Of a stretch of 64,000 nucleotides of DNA, positions 29,641-40,022 are shown piece by piece; the stretch's first letter is position 1; every line of letters starts with the position of its first letter. A model generated the notes under the pieces. That model ran no database searches. It was not told where the DNA came from and was given only the letters and a program-made list of their open reading frames with translations. Position numbers and translations under genes: made by a program. The stretch comes from Flavobacterium sp. (GTDB lineage Bacteria > Bacteroidota > Bacteroidia > Flavobacteriales > Flavobacteriaceae), in assembly GCF_046296355.1 (NCBI RefSeq), contig NZ_JBKBLM010000004.1:7767-71766 (forward strand), given 5' to 3'.

Positions 29641-30687
29641 ATGATAAAAAATCATATTTCACAAATATACGATGCGTTAAATACGAAATTGTACGGTTTA
29701 ATGCCTGACAACAAGGAGGTTTTATGCTATACTTTAAGCAACAAAAAAGGCATGGAATTCTCCATAATCAATTATGGTGCAACAATTACCTCAATAAAAA
29801 TCCCAACTTCAAACGGACAAAAAACGGATGTAGTTCTGGGTTTTGACACTTTAGAAGATTATATCAATTCTTTTGATTTACCAAGTGCACCTTATCTCGG
29901 AACGGTTGTAGGAAGATATGCCGGACGAATCAACAACGCTTCTTTCAAATTAAATGGAGAAAAAGTACAACTAACCAAAAACCACAATTCCCATCAAATT
30001 CATGGTGGATTAGAAGGTTTTAGTCGAAAGTTTTGGGAAGTCACTTCAATCCATTCTGATAAAAACCCATCGATTACCTTAGAATATACAAGCATAGATA
30101 ACGAAGAAAACTTTCCGGGAGAACTAAAGGTAAAAGTGACTTATACTTTAACTGAAAGTAATGAACTCAAAGTAACTTTTCAAGCCAAATCTACCGAAGA
30201 CACTATAATCAATTTAACCCAACACAGTTATTTCAATCTTGACGGACATTCGAAAGATATCAAAATGCAAAAGCTCTTTATCAATGCCAAAAACCTATTA
30301 GAAACCACTCAAGAATTGATTCCAACCGGAAATTATACCAACTTAAAAAATCATGCTTTCGATTTTTCTAACCCAAAAAATTGTCCAACATCCATAGACA
30401 ACACTTTTGTTTTAGAAAGCAAAGAAGCGGTAACACTTTACAGCGAAAACACTAAAATAAAAATGACGATTTTAACCAATCAACCCGGAGTTCATATTTA
30501 TGTCGGCGGTAATTGTTTTGGCCAAATCAAAGGAAAAGAAAACGCCGATTACCATACAACCAGCGCCATTTGCTTTGAAACACAGAACTTTCCGGACGCA
30601 CCTAATCACAATCATTTCCCAAGTGCAATCCTGAAAAAGAATGAAGAGTATTTACACCAAACCACATTCAAATTTGAAAATTTATGA
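29641..30687 (+). CDS. galM: Aldose 1-epimerase (galactose mutarotase)
   Basis: 'GRYAGRI', 'HQIHGG', 'NLTQHSYFNL', 'CFETQNFPDAPN'. Confidence 0.93.
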   Translation: MIKNHISQIYDALNTKLYGLMPDNKEVLCYTLSNKKGMEFSIINYGATITSIKIPTSNGQKTDVVLGFDTLEDYINSFDLPSAPYLGTVVGRYAGRINNASFKLNGEKVQLTKNHNSHQIHGGLEGFSRKFWEVTSIHSDKNPSITLEYTSIDNEENFPGELKVKVTYTLTESNELKVTFQAKSTEDTIINLTQHSYFNLDGHSKDIKMQKLFINAKNLLETTQELIPTGNYTNLKNHAFDFSNPKNCPTSIDNTFVLESKEAVTLYSENTKIKMTILTNQPGVHIYVGGNCFGQIKGKENADYHTTSAICFETQNFPDAPNHNHFPSAILKKNEEYLHQTTFKFENL

Positions 30688-31757
30688 TCATGAAGAAGCT
30701 GTTTTTTATTTTATTGTCAATCTTATTATTTTCATGTTCTTCAGACAGTAATTCTGAAAACGAACCAATAATAGAAGACGAATTTATTCGTGGTGCCGAT
30801 ATGTCTTACTTACCTTTAATTGAAAGCGAAGGCACCGTTTACAAACACGATGGCGCAAATCAAGACCCAATTGTAACCTTAAAAAATGCGGGCTGCAATA
30901 CTATTCGAATGAGGCTTTGGCAAAATCCATCCAACGCACATTCCGGAATGGTCGAAGTAAAAGCCTTTGCTCAGAGAGTGAAAGCTGCCGGATTAAAAGT
31001 GTGGCTAACCGTTCATTATTCAGACACTTGGGCTGATCCGGTAAACCAAACCAAACCTGCTGCTTGGCAAACCATGAGTTTTACAGCCTTAAAAACAGCA
31101 GTTTCAGATTACACAAATTTGGTAATGACCGAAATCAACCCGGATATTTTTCAAATCGGAAACGAAACCAACGACGGCATGCTTTGGCCTGAAGGCAGAT
31201 TGTCTACTAATGAAACCCAATATTTAGAACTGGTTTCAAGTGCGACTGCAGCCATCAGAGGCCAATCTACCACAACCAAAATCATGTTACACCACGCCGG
31301 AACATCAGGCGCAGATTGGTATTACAGCAAAGTAGCCAACATCGATTATGACTATATCGGTCTTTCCTATTATCCGATTTGGCACGGAACTGATTTGGTG
31401 GCTTTGCAAAACACAATGAACACTTTGGGACAATTGTATGACAAAAAAGTGATTATAGCCGAAACAGCTTATCCGTTCACTTTTGGATACAACGACTACA
31501 CTAATAATATAATTGGTTTGTCCAACCAAATTCTCCCTGCTTTTCCTGCTACAGAAATCGGTCAGAAAGCATTTCTTTCCACAATAAAAAACACCATAAA
31601 CCAGAGCACTCACGGCATTGGATTTTGCTATTGGGGTGCTGAATGGGTAGCTTTCAGAGGACCAACATCAACCAACGGTTCGCCATGGGAAAACCAATCG
31701 CTTTGGGATTTTAATAACAATTCACTTCCTGTTTTGGAGGTTTTTAATGCTGAATAA
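30684..31757 (+). CDS. GH53 endo-beta-1,4-galactanase, lipoprotein
   Basis: Lipobox LFSC, 'RGADMS', 'HYSDTWADP', acid/base 'QIGNE', nucleophile 'IAET', 'YWGAEW'. Confidence 0.92.
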   Translation: MIMKKLFFILLSILLFSCSSDSNSENEPIIEDEFIRGADMSYLPLIESEGTVYKHDGANQDPIVTLKNAGCNTIRMRLWQNPSNAHSGMVEVKAFAQRVKAAGLKVWLTVHYSDTWADPVNQTKPAAWQTMSFTALKTAVSDYTNLVMTEINPDIFQIGNETNDGMLWPEGRLSTNETQYLELVSSATAAIRGQSTTTKIMLHHAGTSGADWYYSKVANIDYDYIGLSYYPIWHGTDLVALQNTMNTLGQLYDKKVIIAETAYPFTFGYNDYTNNIIGLSNQILPAFPATEIGQKAFLSTIKNTINQSTHGIGFCYWGAEWVAFRGPTSTNGSPWENQSLWDFNNNSLPVLEVFNAE

Positions 31758-31759
31758 TT

Positions 31760-32776
31760 ATGAAACTAAAATCAATCATCTTTTTGATACTTCTGATAAC
31801 TGAAGTAAGCTTTGGACAAAATAAAAAAGCCGCTTTTTCAAAAGGTGCCGATGTCGGTTGGTTACCCCAAATGGAAGCCACAGGCTATAAATTCTACGAT
31901 TCAGATGGCAGTGAAAAAGATTGTCTGCAACTGTTAAAAGACCGTGGCATGAACTCTATTCGGCTTCGTGTTTGGGTTAATCCCAGTGATGACAAAGCCA
32001 GTGGACATTGTAGTAAAGAAGAAACCGTTACCATGGCATTGCGCGCCCAAAAAATGGGATTCCGAATCATGATTAACTTTCACTACTCTGATTCTTGGGC
32101 TGATCCGGCGAAACAGTTCAAACCCAAAGCTTGGGAAAAACATTCTTTTCCTGAATTACTTAACGATGTTTATAATCATACTTTTGACGTAATCAATGCT
32201 CTAAAAGTAGCTGGCGTTACTCCGGAATGGGTACAAGTAGGGAACGAAATTCCGGGCGGTATGATGTGGCCGGATGGAAGCACAGAAAATTGGCCTCAAC
32301 TCGGACAACTTTTAAACAAAGGTTACGATGCGGTAAAAGCCGTGGACAAAAACATCAAAGTAATTGTTCATGTCGATGAAGGAAACAATAACGCTAAATT
32401 CAGAAAGTTTTTCGATAACGCAACGGAACAAAAGGTGAGATACGACGTAATTGGATTATCTTACTATCCGTATTGGATTAAAAAAGATTATTCTGAAACC
32501 ATAGCCGATTTACAATTCAACCTAAACGATATGGCCAAACGCTACGATAAAGAAGTCATGGTAGTTGAAGTTGGTGGTGAAGATGACAAAGTGCAAAATA
32601 CTTACGAACTTTTAGCCGCAACCATTAAAGCCGTAAAAAGTGTTCCAAACAACAAAGGAATTGGCGTTCACTACTGGGAGCCACAAGGCGCCAGAAGTTG
32701 GAGTCATTATGCTTTGAGCGCTTGGCAAGCCGACGGAAAACCTTCTCCTGCTTTGGACGCTTTTAAAGAAAATTAA
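31760..32776 (+). CDS. GH53 endo-beta-1,4-galactanase, signal peptide I
   Basis: 'KGADVG', 'HYSDSWADP', 'QVGNE', 'VVEVG', 'YWEPQ'. Confidence 0.92.
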   Translation: MKLKSIIFLILLITEVSFGQNKKAAFSKGADVGWLPQMEATGYKFYDSDGSEKDCLQLLKDRGMNSIRLRVWVNPSDDKASGHCSKEETVTMALRAQKMGFRIMINFHYSDSWADPAKQFKPKAWEKHSFPELLNDVYNHTFDVINALKVAGVTPEWVQVGNEIPGGMMWPDGSTENWPQLGQLLNKGYDAVKAVDKNIKVIVHVDEGNNNAKFRKFFDNATEQKVRYDVIGLSYYPYWIKKDYSETIADLQFNLNDMAKRYDKEVMVVEVGGEDDKVQNTYELLAATIKAVKSVPNNKGIGVHYWEPQGARSWSHYALSAWQADGKPSPALDAFKEN

Positions 32777-32779
32777 GAT

Positions 32780-35188
32780 ATGAAAAAAACACCATACCAA
32801 TTTATTCTTGTCCTCTTTTTAATCGTTGACCTTTCAGCGAATGCACAAGAAAAAATAAGTCTCGACGAAGATTGGAAGTTCCATTTCGGGCATGCCGCTA
32901 ATCCTGAAAAAGATTTTGATTATAGCAAAACCGCCTTGCTTCATAAATCAAATGTATTTGCTACTACAGTGGTCAACCCAAAATTTGTGGATACTGCTTG
33001 GGCATCCGTAAACATTCCTCATGATTGGGTTGTCGAACTTCCTTTTGTCAATTCTCCACAAGTAGAAATGGACAGTCACGGTTACAAACCGGTTGGCGGA
33101 ATGTATCCTGAAACGAGTATTGGTTGGTATCGCAAACATTTCACAGTAGACAAATTAAAAAGCAACAAGCGCTTCGAACTTCAATTCGATGGCATCTACA
33201 GAAATGCTGAAATTTGGATTAACGGGTTTTATGTAGGCACCAATTTCAGCGGCTATGTTGGCAATTCTTATGATGTTACCGATTACATCAATTTTGAAGG
33301 AGAAAATGTAATGGTCGTTCGCGTTGATGCCACACAATATGAAGGTTGGTTTTATGAAGGCGCCGGAATTTACCGCCACGTTTGGCTAAACATAACCGAT
33401 AAAGTATTTATTCCGAATGATGGCATTTTTGTACATGCTGAAGTAAAAGGGAAAAATGCCACTGTAAACATTGAAACTACAGTTCAAAACAACAATTTAC
33501 AAACTTCCAATGGTTCTGTCTACAGTTATATTACGGATAGAAGCGGAAAGGTTTTGGCCAAAACTGCTGAACAAAAAATTACTTTGGGTATCCGAAAAGA
33601 CGTTACGGTTAAGCAAAAATTAAATTTGAACAACGCTCACCTTTGGTCATTAGACGATCCTTACTTATACCGAGTAATATCTGTGGTAAAATCCGGAAAT
33701 CAAATAGTGCATCAAACCAAAACACGTTTCGGAATCAAAACCGTAAAATTCGACGCCAATAAAGGGTTTTTCTTGAATGGCAAAAAAATCAAGATTCAAG
33801 GCACCAACAACCACCAAGATCACGCCGGAATTGGCAGTGCATTACCAGATTACATGCAATATTATCGCGTAAAATTGTTGAAAGAAATGGGATCAAACAG
33901 CTACAGAGCAAGCCATAATGCGCCCACTTCCGAACTTTTAGACGCATGTGATAGCTTAGGCATGTTAGTTTTAGATGAACAACGTTTGTTAAACAGTAGT
34001 CCGGAATATATTGACCAATTCAAACGATTAATCAAACGCGACAGGAATCATCCGTCCGTATTCTTGTGGTCGATAGGCAATGAAGAACAAAACATTCAAG
34101 GTAACGATTATGGCAAAAAAATTGCCCAAACCCTTTTGGCGATTCAACAAGATTTAGACCCAAGCAGAACCAGCACTTATGCCGCTGATATGGCCAATGC
34201 TTACAAAGGCGTAAACGAAGTTATTCCGATTCGCGGCTTCAATTATCGGGAATATGCAGTAGCTGATTACCATCGAGATCATCCTAACCAACCTTTGTTG
34301 GGAACCGAAATGGGAAGTACAGTAACGACTCGCGGCATCTATGAAAAAGACAGCATACGAGCTTATGTTCCCGACCAAGACATTACCCATCCATGGTGGG
34401 CAAGCAAAGCAGAGACTTGGTGGAAACTCGCTGCCGAAAATGATTTTTGGCTTGGTGGTTATGTGTGGACCGGATTCGATTATCGCGGTGAACCAACGCC
34501 TTACAAATGGCCGAATATCAGTTCGCATTTCGGGATTATGGATGTTTGCGGTTTCCCGAAAAACATTTATTACTACTATCAAAGTTGGTGGACAGATAAA
34601 GATGTATTACACATTTCTCCGCATTGGAACTGGCCGGAAAAAGTAGGTAAACCAATCGAAGTTTGGGTAAATTCGAATGCAGACGAAGTAGAGTTGTTTC
34701 TAAACGGAAAAACTTTAGGCAAAAAAACAATGCCGAGAAACAGTCATTTGAAATGGCAAGTCGATTACGAACCGGGAATACTGGAAGCCATTGGTTACAA
34801 AAAAGGCAAAAAAATAACTTCCAAAGTCGAAACCACCGGAACAGCTTACAATGTAGTACTGTCACCTGACAAAACCACTTTAACCGCCGACGGAAAAGAT
34901 GCTTCTGTCGTCAATATTTCTATCAAAGATGAAAAAGGACTTGAAGTACCGACTGCGGATAATATGGTGAAATTCTATCTTTCGGGCGATGCCAAAATCA
35001 TTGGCGTCGGTAATGGCGATCCAAGTTCGCACGAACCGGATAAATGTCGTGATGGTGCTTGGCAAAGAAGTGCGTTCAACGGAAAATGCCAAGTGATAAT
35101 TCAAGCCGGAAAAACGTCAGGCTCCATAAAATTAGAAGCAAAAGCTAGCGGATTGGTTTCAGCTTCAACAATTATACTTTCCAAATAA
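32780..35188 (+). CDS. GH2 beta-galactosidase
   Basis: 'GTNNHQDH', 'YRASHN', 'WSIGNEE', 'GTEMG', 'WTGFDYRGEP'. Confidence 0.92.
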   Translation: MKKTPYQFILVLFLIVDLSANAQEKISLDEDWKFHFGHAANPEKDFDYSKTALLHKSNVFATTVVNPKFVDTAWASVNIPHDWVVELPFVNSPQVEMDSHGYKPVGGMYPETSIGWYRKHFTVDKLKSNKRFELQFDGIYRNAEIWINGFYVGTNFSGYVGNSYDVTDYINFEGENVMVVRVDATQYEGWFYEGAGIYRHVWLNITDKVFIPNDGIFVHAEVKGKNATVNIETTVQNNNLQTSNGSVYSYITDRSGKVLAKTAEQKITLGIRKDVTVKQKLNLNNAHLWSLDDPYLYRVISVVKSGNQIVHQTKTRFGIKTVKFDANKGFFLNGKKIKIQGTNNHQDHAGIGSALPDYMQYYRVKLLKEMGSNSYRASHNAPTSELLDACDSLGMLVLDEQRLLNSSPEYIDQFKRLIKRDRNHPSVFLWSIGNEEQNIQGNDYGKKIAQTLLAIQQDLDPSRTSTYAADMANAYKGVNEVIPIRGFNYREYAVADYHRDHPNQPLLGTEMGSTVTTRGIYEKDSIRAYVPDQDITHPWWASKAETWWKLAAENDFWLGGYVWTGFDYRGEPTPYKWPNISSHFGIMDVCGFPKNIYYYYQSWWTDKDVLHISPHWNWPEKVGKPIEVWVNSNADEVELFLNGKTLGKKTMPRNSHLKWQVDYEPGILEAIGYKKGKKITSKVETTGTAYNVVLSPDKTTLTADGKDASVVNISIKDEKGLEVPTADNMVKFYLSGDAKIIGVGNGDPSSHEPDKCRDGAWQRSAFNGKCQVIIQAGKTSGSIKLEAKASGLVSASTIILSK

Positions 35189-36375
35189 TGAAGAAGAAAC
35201 TCATCCAACATACAACGGAACATTTTGAAAAAATCTTTCAAAAAACACCCGAAACTATTTTCCTTTCACCGGGAAGAATCAATATCATTGGCGAGCACGT
35301 TGACTACAATGATGGTTTTGTAATGCCTGCCGCTATTAACAAATACATCTGTTTTGCCATTTCGAAAAACGACAATTCAGAATGTACATTAGTGGCCAAA
35401 GATTTAAACGAAACTTACAAATTTGATTTAAACGAAGAATTAAAACCAATAGACAAAATGTGGGTCAACTACATTTTAGGCGTGTTGCACCAATTGAAAG
35501 ACAAAGGTCTAATCAATGGTTTCAACATCGTTTTCAGCAGTACAATTCCAATGGGCGCCGGACTTTCTTCTTCAGCCGCATTAGAATGTGGCATTGGTTA
35601 TGCCATGAACAAGCTATTTAATTTGGGTTTAACTAAAGAAGAAATTGCCTTGATTGGTCAAAAATCCGAACATACTTTTGTGGGTGTTAATTGTGGCATA
35701 ATGGATCAATTTGCCTCGGTTTTCGGGAAGAAAAATAGCGTTATTAAACTCGATTGCAATACTTTGGAATATCAATATTACAAAGCCGATTTCAAGAAAT
35801 ATTCGTTACTTTTATTAGACAGTAATGTAAAACATACCCATTTGACTTCAGGCTACAATGTCAGAAGGCAAGAAGTAGAACAAGGTTTAGCGATAATAAA
35901 AAACCATTTTCCACAGGTGAAAACTTTCAGAGATTGTAATGAAAACATGGTTTTAGGATTGAAAGAAACTTTGGGTGATGTTATTTTCAGACGTTGTCAT
36001 TTTGTGGTAAAAGAAATCCAACGCGTCTTAGATGCTGCGGATGCTTTGACCATTTCTGATTTCAAAAAATTGGGCCAATTGATGTCGGAAACGCATGAAG
36101 GTTTGTCCAAAGAATACGAAGTAAGTTGTGCCGAAATTGATTTTCTAGTGGATGCCGTACAGCATGAAAAATCAGTGCTCGGCTCCAGAATGATGGGCGG
36201 CGGATTTGGGGGTTGTTCCATCAATTTGATTGAAAAAGGAACAGAAAATGACTTAATCGAACGCATTTCATTACAATACCGAAACGCCTTTGGTATCGAA
36301 TTAAAAGCTTACAAAGTAAAAATTTCAAAAGGCACAACGCTATACAAAACCAACAATGACATCATTCAACAATAA
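35188..36375 (+). CDS. galK: Galactokinase
   Basis: 'PGRINIIGEHVDYNDG', 'GAGLSSSAA', 'CGIMDQ', 'MGGGFGGC'. Confidence 0.97.
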   Translation: MKKKLIQHTTEHFEKIFQKTPETIFLSPGRINIIGEHVDYNDGFVMPAAINKYICFAISKNDNSECTLVAKDLNETYKFDLNEELKPIDKMWVNYILGVLHQLKDKGLINGFNIVFSSTIPMGAGLSSSAALECGIGYAMNKLFNLGLTKEEIALIGQKSEHTFVGVNCGIMDQFASVFGKKNSVIKLDCNTLEYQYYKADFKKYSLLLLDSNVKHTHLTSGYNVRRQEVEQGLAIIKNHFPQVKTFRDCNENMVLGLKETLGDVIFRRCHFVVKEIQRVLDAADALTISDFKKLGQLMSETHEGLSKEYEVSCAEIDFLVDAVQHEKSVLGSRMMGGGFGGCSINLIEKGTENDLIERISLQYRNAFGIELKAYKVKISKGTTLYKTNNDIIQQ

Positions 36376-37408
36376 CGAACATCCACATAGAAGATACAAT
36401 CCTTTGCTCGACGAATGGATTTTGGTTTCCCCACATCGCGCCAAGCGTCCGTGGCAAGGTCAAAAAGAAACGGTTCATGAAGACAATCGTCCGGAACACG
36501 ACAAAGATTGCTATTTATGCGCCGGAAATGTTCGTGCCAATGGCGTAAAAAATCCCGATTATACCGATTGCTATGTCTTTGAAAATGACTTTTCGGCTTT
36601 GCTGAAAGAAGAAGTAACTTTTGAAAGTAAAGCACAATCACTGTTCCAATTAAAACCGGAACGCGGTATTAATAAAGTGGTTTGCTTTTCACCCAAACAC
36701 AATCTCACGCTGCCTGAAATGGAAGTTTCAGACATCGAAAAAGTAGTCCAAACTTGGGCAGCGCAATACATCGAATTGGGCAGTCATGATTTTATCAATT
36801 ATGTCCAAATTTTCGAAAACAAAGGCAGCGTTATGGGTTGCAGTAATCCACATCCGCATGGGCAAATTTGGGCGCAATCTTCGTTACCAACACAAGTCGA
36901 TAAAACGCAAAAAAACCTTCGCGCGTATTACGAAAAAAACAAAACCAGCTTGCTGAAAGATTATTTGGACCAAGAATTAAAAAAGGAAGAACGCATCGTT
37001 TTAGAAAACGAGCACTTTGTGGTTTTAGTTCCGTTTTGGGCGACTTGGCCTTATGAAACGATTATTATCAGCAAAAGACATTTTGGCAATATCATCGCAA
37101 TGAGCAATGAAGAAACCAAAGCTTTTGCGGAAATCATCAAAGGCATAACGATGAAATACGACAATCTTTTCGAAACGTCTTTCCCCTATTCTTCCGGAAT
37201 TCACCAAGCACCGACTGACAGGGTTTCGCATCCTGAATGGCATTTCCACATGCATTTTTATCCACCGTTATTGAGAAACGCTACTGTGAAAAAATTCATG
37301 GTTGGCTACGAAATGCTGGGCGAAGCACAACGCGATATTTCACCTGAACAAAGTGCCAAAATTTTAAGAGACTTACCAAACCAACATTACAAAACTAAAA
37401 CCACCTAG
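36356..37408 (+). CDS. galT: Galactose-1-phosphate uridylyltransferase
   Basis: 'HPHRRYNPL', 'CYLC', 'MGCSNPHPHGQ'. Confidence 0.97.
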   Translation: MTSFNNNEHPHRRYNPLLDEWILVSPHRAKRPWQGQKETVHEDNRPEHDKDCYLCAGNVRANGVKNPDYTDCYVFENDFSALLKEEVTFESKAQSLFQLKPERGINKVVCFSPKHNLTLPEMEVSDIEKVVQTWAAQYIELGSHDFINYVQIFENKGSVMGCSNPHPHGQIWAQSSLPTQVDKTQKNLRAYYEKNKTSLLKDYLDQELKKEERIVLENEHFVVLVPFWATWPYETIIISKRHFGNIIAMSNEETKAFAEIIKGITMKYDNLFETSFPYSSGIHQAPTDRVSHPEWHFHMHFYPPLLRNATVKKFMVGYEMLGEAQRDISPEQSAKILRDLPNQHYKTKTT

Positions 37409-37409
37409 T

Positions 37410-39080
37410 ATGCAAACTTTAGCCACCCAAGATTATATTGTTTTCTTCGCGTATTTCGTCATTATTGTCGGCTACGGATTTTGGATTTACAACCGAAAAA
37501 AGAAAGCACAAACCAGCAGTAACGATTATTTCCTGGCTGAAGGTTCGCTGACTTGGTGGGCGATTGGCGCATCATTGATTGCGAGTAACATTAGTGCGGA
37601 ACAATTTATTGGGATGAGCGGAAGCGGTTTCAAAATGGGATTGGCAATTGCGACTTACGAATGGATGGCAGCGGCTACGTTAGTAATTGTTGCGATTTTC
37701 TTTATGCCGGTGTATTTGAAGAATAAAATCTTCACGATGCCTCAATATCTCAATAAGCGATACAACAGCAATGTGGCGATGATTATGGCGGTATTTTGGT
37801 TGTTGCTTTATGTCTTGGTAAACTTGACTTCTATTCTGTATTTAGGTGCTTTGGCGATTAGCAGTATTTCAGGGTTGAACATTACTTTTTGTATGATATT
37901 CTTAGCTTTCTTTGCCGTGATGATTACGTTGGGCGGCATGAAAGTAATTGGTTATACCGATGTGATTCAGGTGTTCTTTTTGATTTTGGGTGGATTGGTA
38001 ACGACTTATTTGGCTTTGAATTTAGTGGCTACCGAATTTGGTTCCGAAGGCGTAATCAACGGATTTAATTTAATGCGAGAGAAAGCGGATGACCATTTCC
38101 ACATGATTTTCGACAAATCGAATGCAAATTACATGGATTTACCGGGATTGTCGGTGTTGATTGGCGGAATGTTGATTATCAATTTGAATTATTGGGGTTG
38201 TAACCAATACATCACGCAAAGAGCTTTGGGCGCCGATTTAAAAACGGCTCGTGGCGGCATCTTATTCGCAGCTTTCTTAAAACTATTAATGCCTGTCATC
38301 GTGGTTTTACCGGGAATCGCCGCTTATGTTTTATACCAAAACGGGCATTTCCAAACCGAAATGTTACAAGATGGCAGTGTAAATCCTGATAGAGCGTATC
38401 CTATTTTATTGAACTTATTACCGGTTGGTTTAAAAGGATTGTCGTTTGCGGCTTTAACCGCTGCGATTGTGGCTTCGTTAGCCGGAAAAGCCAATAGCAT
38501 TGCGACGATTTTTACTTTAGACGTTTATAAAACCAAATTGAATGTCGATGCCGATGAGAAAAAATTAGTCAACATTGGAAAACTGACCATCATAACGGCA
38601 ATGATAATTGCAGTAGTGGTTGCACCGTTTTTAGGGATTGACAAAAAAGGAGGTTTCCAATACATTCAGGAATATACCGGTTTTGTGAGTCCGGGTGTTT
38701 TTGCGATGTTTATTCTTGGTTTCTTCTGGAAAAAAACGACTTCTAATGCGGCACTTTTTGCTACCATTGGCGGTTTCTTATTCTCTATTCTATTCAAGTT
38801 TATGCCGGCTTTTGTCGATTTGTCATTCTTGAATCCGATGGGATTTGCGGTGCCAAATGCCGATGGCGTTTACGAAATTCCGTTTATTGACCGTATGGGA
38901 TTTGTATTTGCGATTTGTGTGATTGGAATGTACTTTATCAGTATGTATGAAACTCGCAAAGGCGTTAAACCAAACGGTTTAGAAGTTGATAAAACGATGT
39001 TTAAAATGTCGCCAAGTTTTACCGTTGGAATGCTGGTAATCGTATCTATTTTAGCGGCTTTGTATACAATGTTCTGGTAG
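37410..39080 (+). CDS. Sodium:solute symporter (SSS) family sugar transporter, probably galactose
   Basis: 'YFLAEGSLTWWAIGASLIASNISAEQFIGMSG', 'YWGCNQYITQR'; ends the gal operon. Confidence 0.92.
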   Translation: MQTLATQDYIVFFAYFVIIVGYGFWIYNRKKKAQTSSNDYFLAEGSLTWWAIGASLIASNISAEQFIGMSGSGFKMGLAIATYEWMAAATLVIVAIFFMPVYLKNKIFTMPQYLNKRYNSNVAMIMAVFWLLLYVLVNLTSILYLGALAISSISGLNITFCMIFLAFFAVMITLGGMKVIGYTDVIQVFFLILGGLVTTYLALNLVATEFGSEGVINGFNLMREKADDHFHMIFDKSNANYMDLPGLSVLIGGMLIINLNYWGCNQYITQRALGADLKTARGGILFAAFLKLLMPVIVVLPGIAAYVLYQNGHFQTEMLQDGSVNPDRAYPILLNLLPVGLKGLSFAALTAAIVASLAGKANSIATIFTLDVYKTKLNVDADEKKLVNIGKLTIITAMIIAVVVAPFLGIDKKGGFQYIQEYTGFVSPGVFAMFILGFFWKKTTSNAALFATIGGFLFSILFKFMPAFVDLSFLNPMGFAVPNADGVYEIPFIDRMGFVFAICVIGMYFISMYETRKGVKPNGLEVDKTMFKMSPSFTVGMLVIVSILAALYTMFW

Positions 39081-39083
39081 GAA

Positions 39084-39899
39084 TTAGTGTTTGTGATTCA
39101 GCATTTTGCTGACATTCTCAAACAGTTCCGGGAATTGTGTTTTAAATTCATTAGGCGTTTCAAAATAATGCTCAATGATGACTGAAATGAATTCGAAATG
39201 ATTGGTATAAGCATAAATCCGAAAATACTCGGAATCGATTAGCTTTTGTCTGTTGGGCGCATGATTAACTTCTTTGTGAAGTCGGTCATGTTGCTTCCGA
39301 AAAGCCAACGAACTGCCGTCATCGCTGCGCAAACTATGGTGATGGATGACATGAGAAAACTCGTGAATGCCTAAGTTTAAGTTGTCATTACCGATTTCAT
39401 ATCCGGCTATAAAATCTTTCCACGAAAAGACCACAGCTTTCATTCTCGGATTGAATTCGCCTTTGTGGTATTGCTCGGTATGGCTGGAATAATATTCTTC
39501 GGGGTAAATAATGATTTTGTCAAAAGAATTTATCAGATAACGTCGCATACCGAAGGTTAACATCACATAAGTACCGGCAATCAGGGTTTGTACTTCTCTG
39601 TCGATTTGAAAATCCTCTCTTGGGATAAATTGATAGGTTTCTTTAAAACTCGCCAACCTATGGTGAAAATATACTTTGTGTTTCTCTGAAAGTTTTTGGT
39701 AAAAAGGGAATTTTTGTCTGAGAAAAGATTCTTCTTCAAGGCTTATTTTTTTTGGATTCAAATACAGATGAATATAAAGTGGTCTGTGGAGAAGAGCGAT
39801 TGAGATATCATCGAGCACACTCATGATGAACATAAAAAAGAAGAAGAAAAAAGCGCCCAAAAGAAGTAGGCCAACCACTATGATAAAAATAACTTCCAT
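39084..39899 (-). CDS. MtfA-like zinc-dependent peptidase with an N-terminal TM anchor
   Basis: 'IIIYPEEY', 'GIHEFSH' HExxH, 'YAYTNHFEFISVIIEHYFE'. Confidence 0.82.
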   Translation of the reverse strand: MEVIFIIVVGLLLLGAFFFFFFMFIMSVLDDISIALLHRPLYIHLYLNPKKISLEEESFLRQKFPFYQKLSEKHKVYFHHRLASFKETYQFIPREDFQIDREVQTLIAGTYVMLTFGMRRYLINSFDKIIIYPEEYYSSHTEQYHKGEFNPRMKAVVFSWKDFIAGYEIGNDNLNLGIHEFSHVIHHHSLRSDDGSSLAFRKQHDRLHKEVNHAPNRQKLIDSEYFRIYAYTNHFEFISVIIEHYFETPNEFKTQFPELFENVSKMLNHKH

Positions 39900-39944
39900 T
39901 GGCTAAAGATATAAAAAAAGCCCAAGTAATTCTTGAGCTTTGTG

Positions 39945-40018
39945 TGACCCTGAAAGGAGTCGAACCTTCAACCGCTGGAGCCGAAATCCAGTGCTCTATC
40001 CAATTGAGCTACAGAGCC
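39945..40018 (-). tRNA. tRNA-Arg (anticodon UCG)
   Basis: Minus strand GGCTCTG TA GCTC AATTGGATA GAGC A CTGGA TT-TCG-GC TCCAG CGGTT GAAGG TTCGACT CCTTT CAGGGTC A; full cloverleaf, CCA not encoded. Confidence 0.96.
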
Positions 40019-40022
40019 ATTT

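Noticed and set aside
39080-39084. Functional link between the MtfA-like peptidase and the sugar transporter
   Set aside because: Only convergent adjacency; no Mlc or PTS partner visible.
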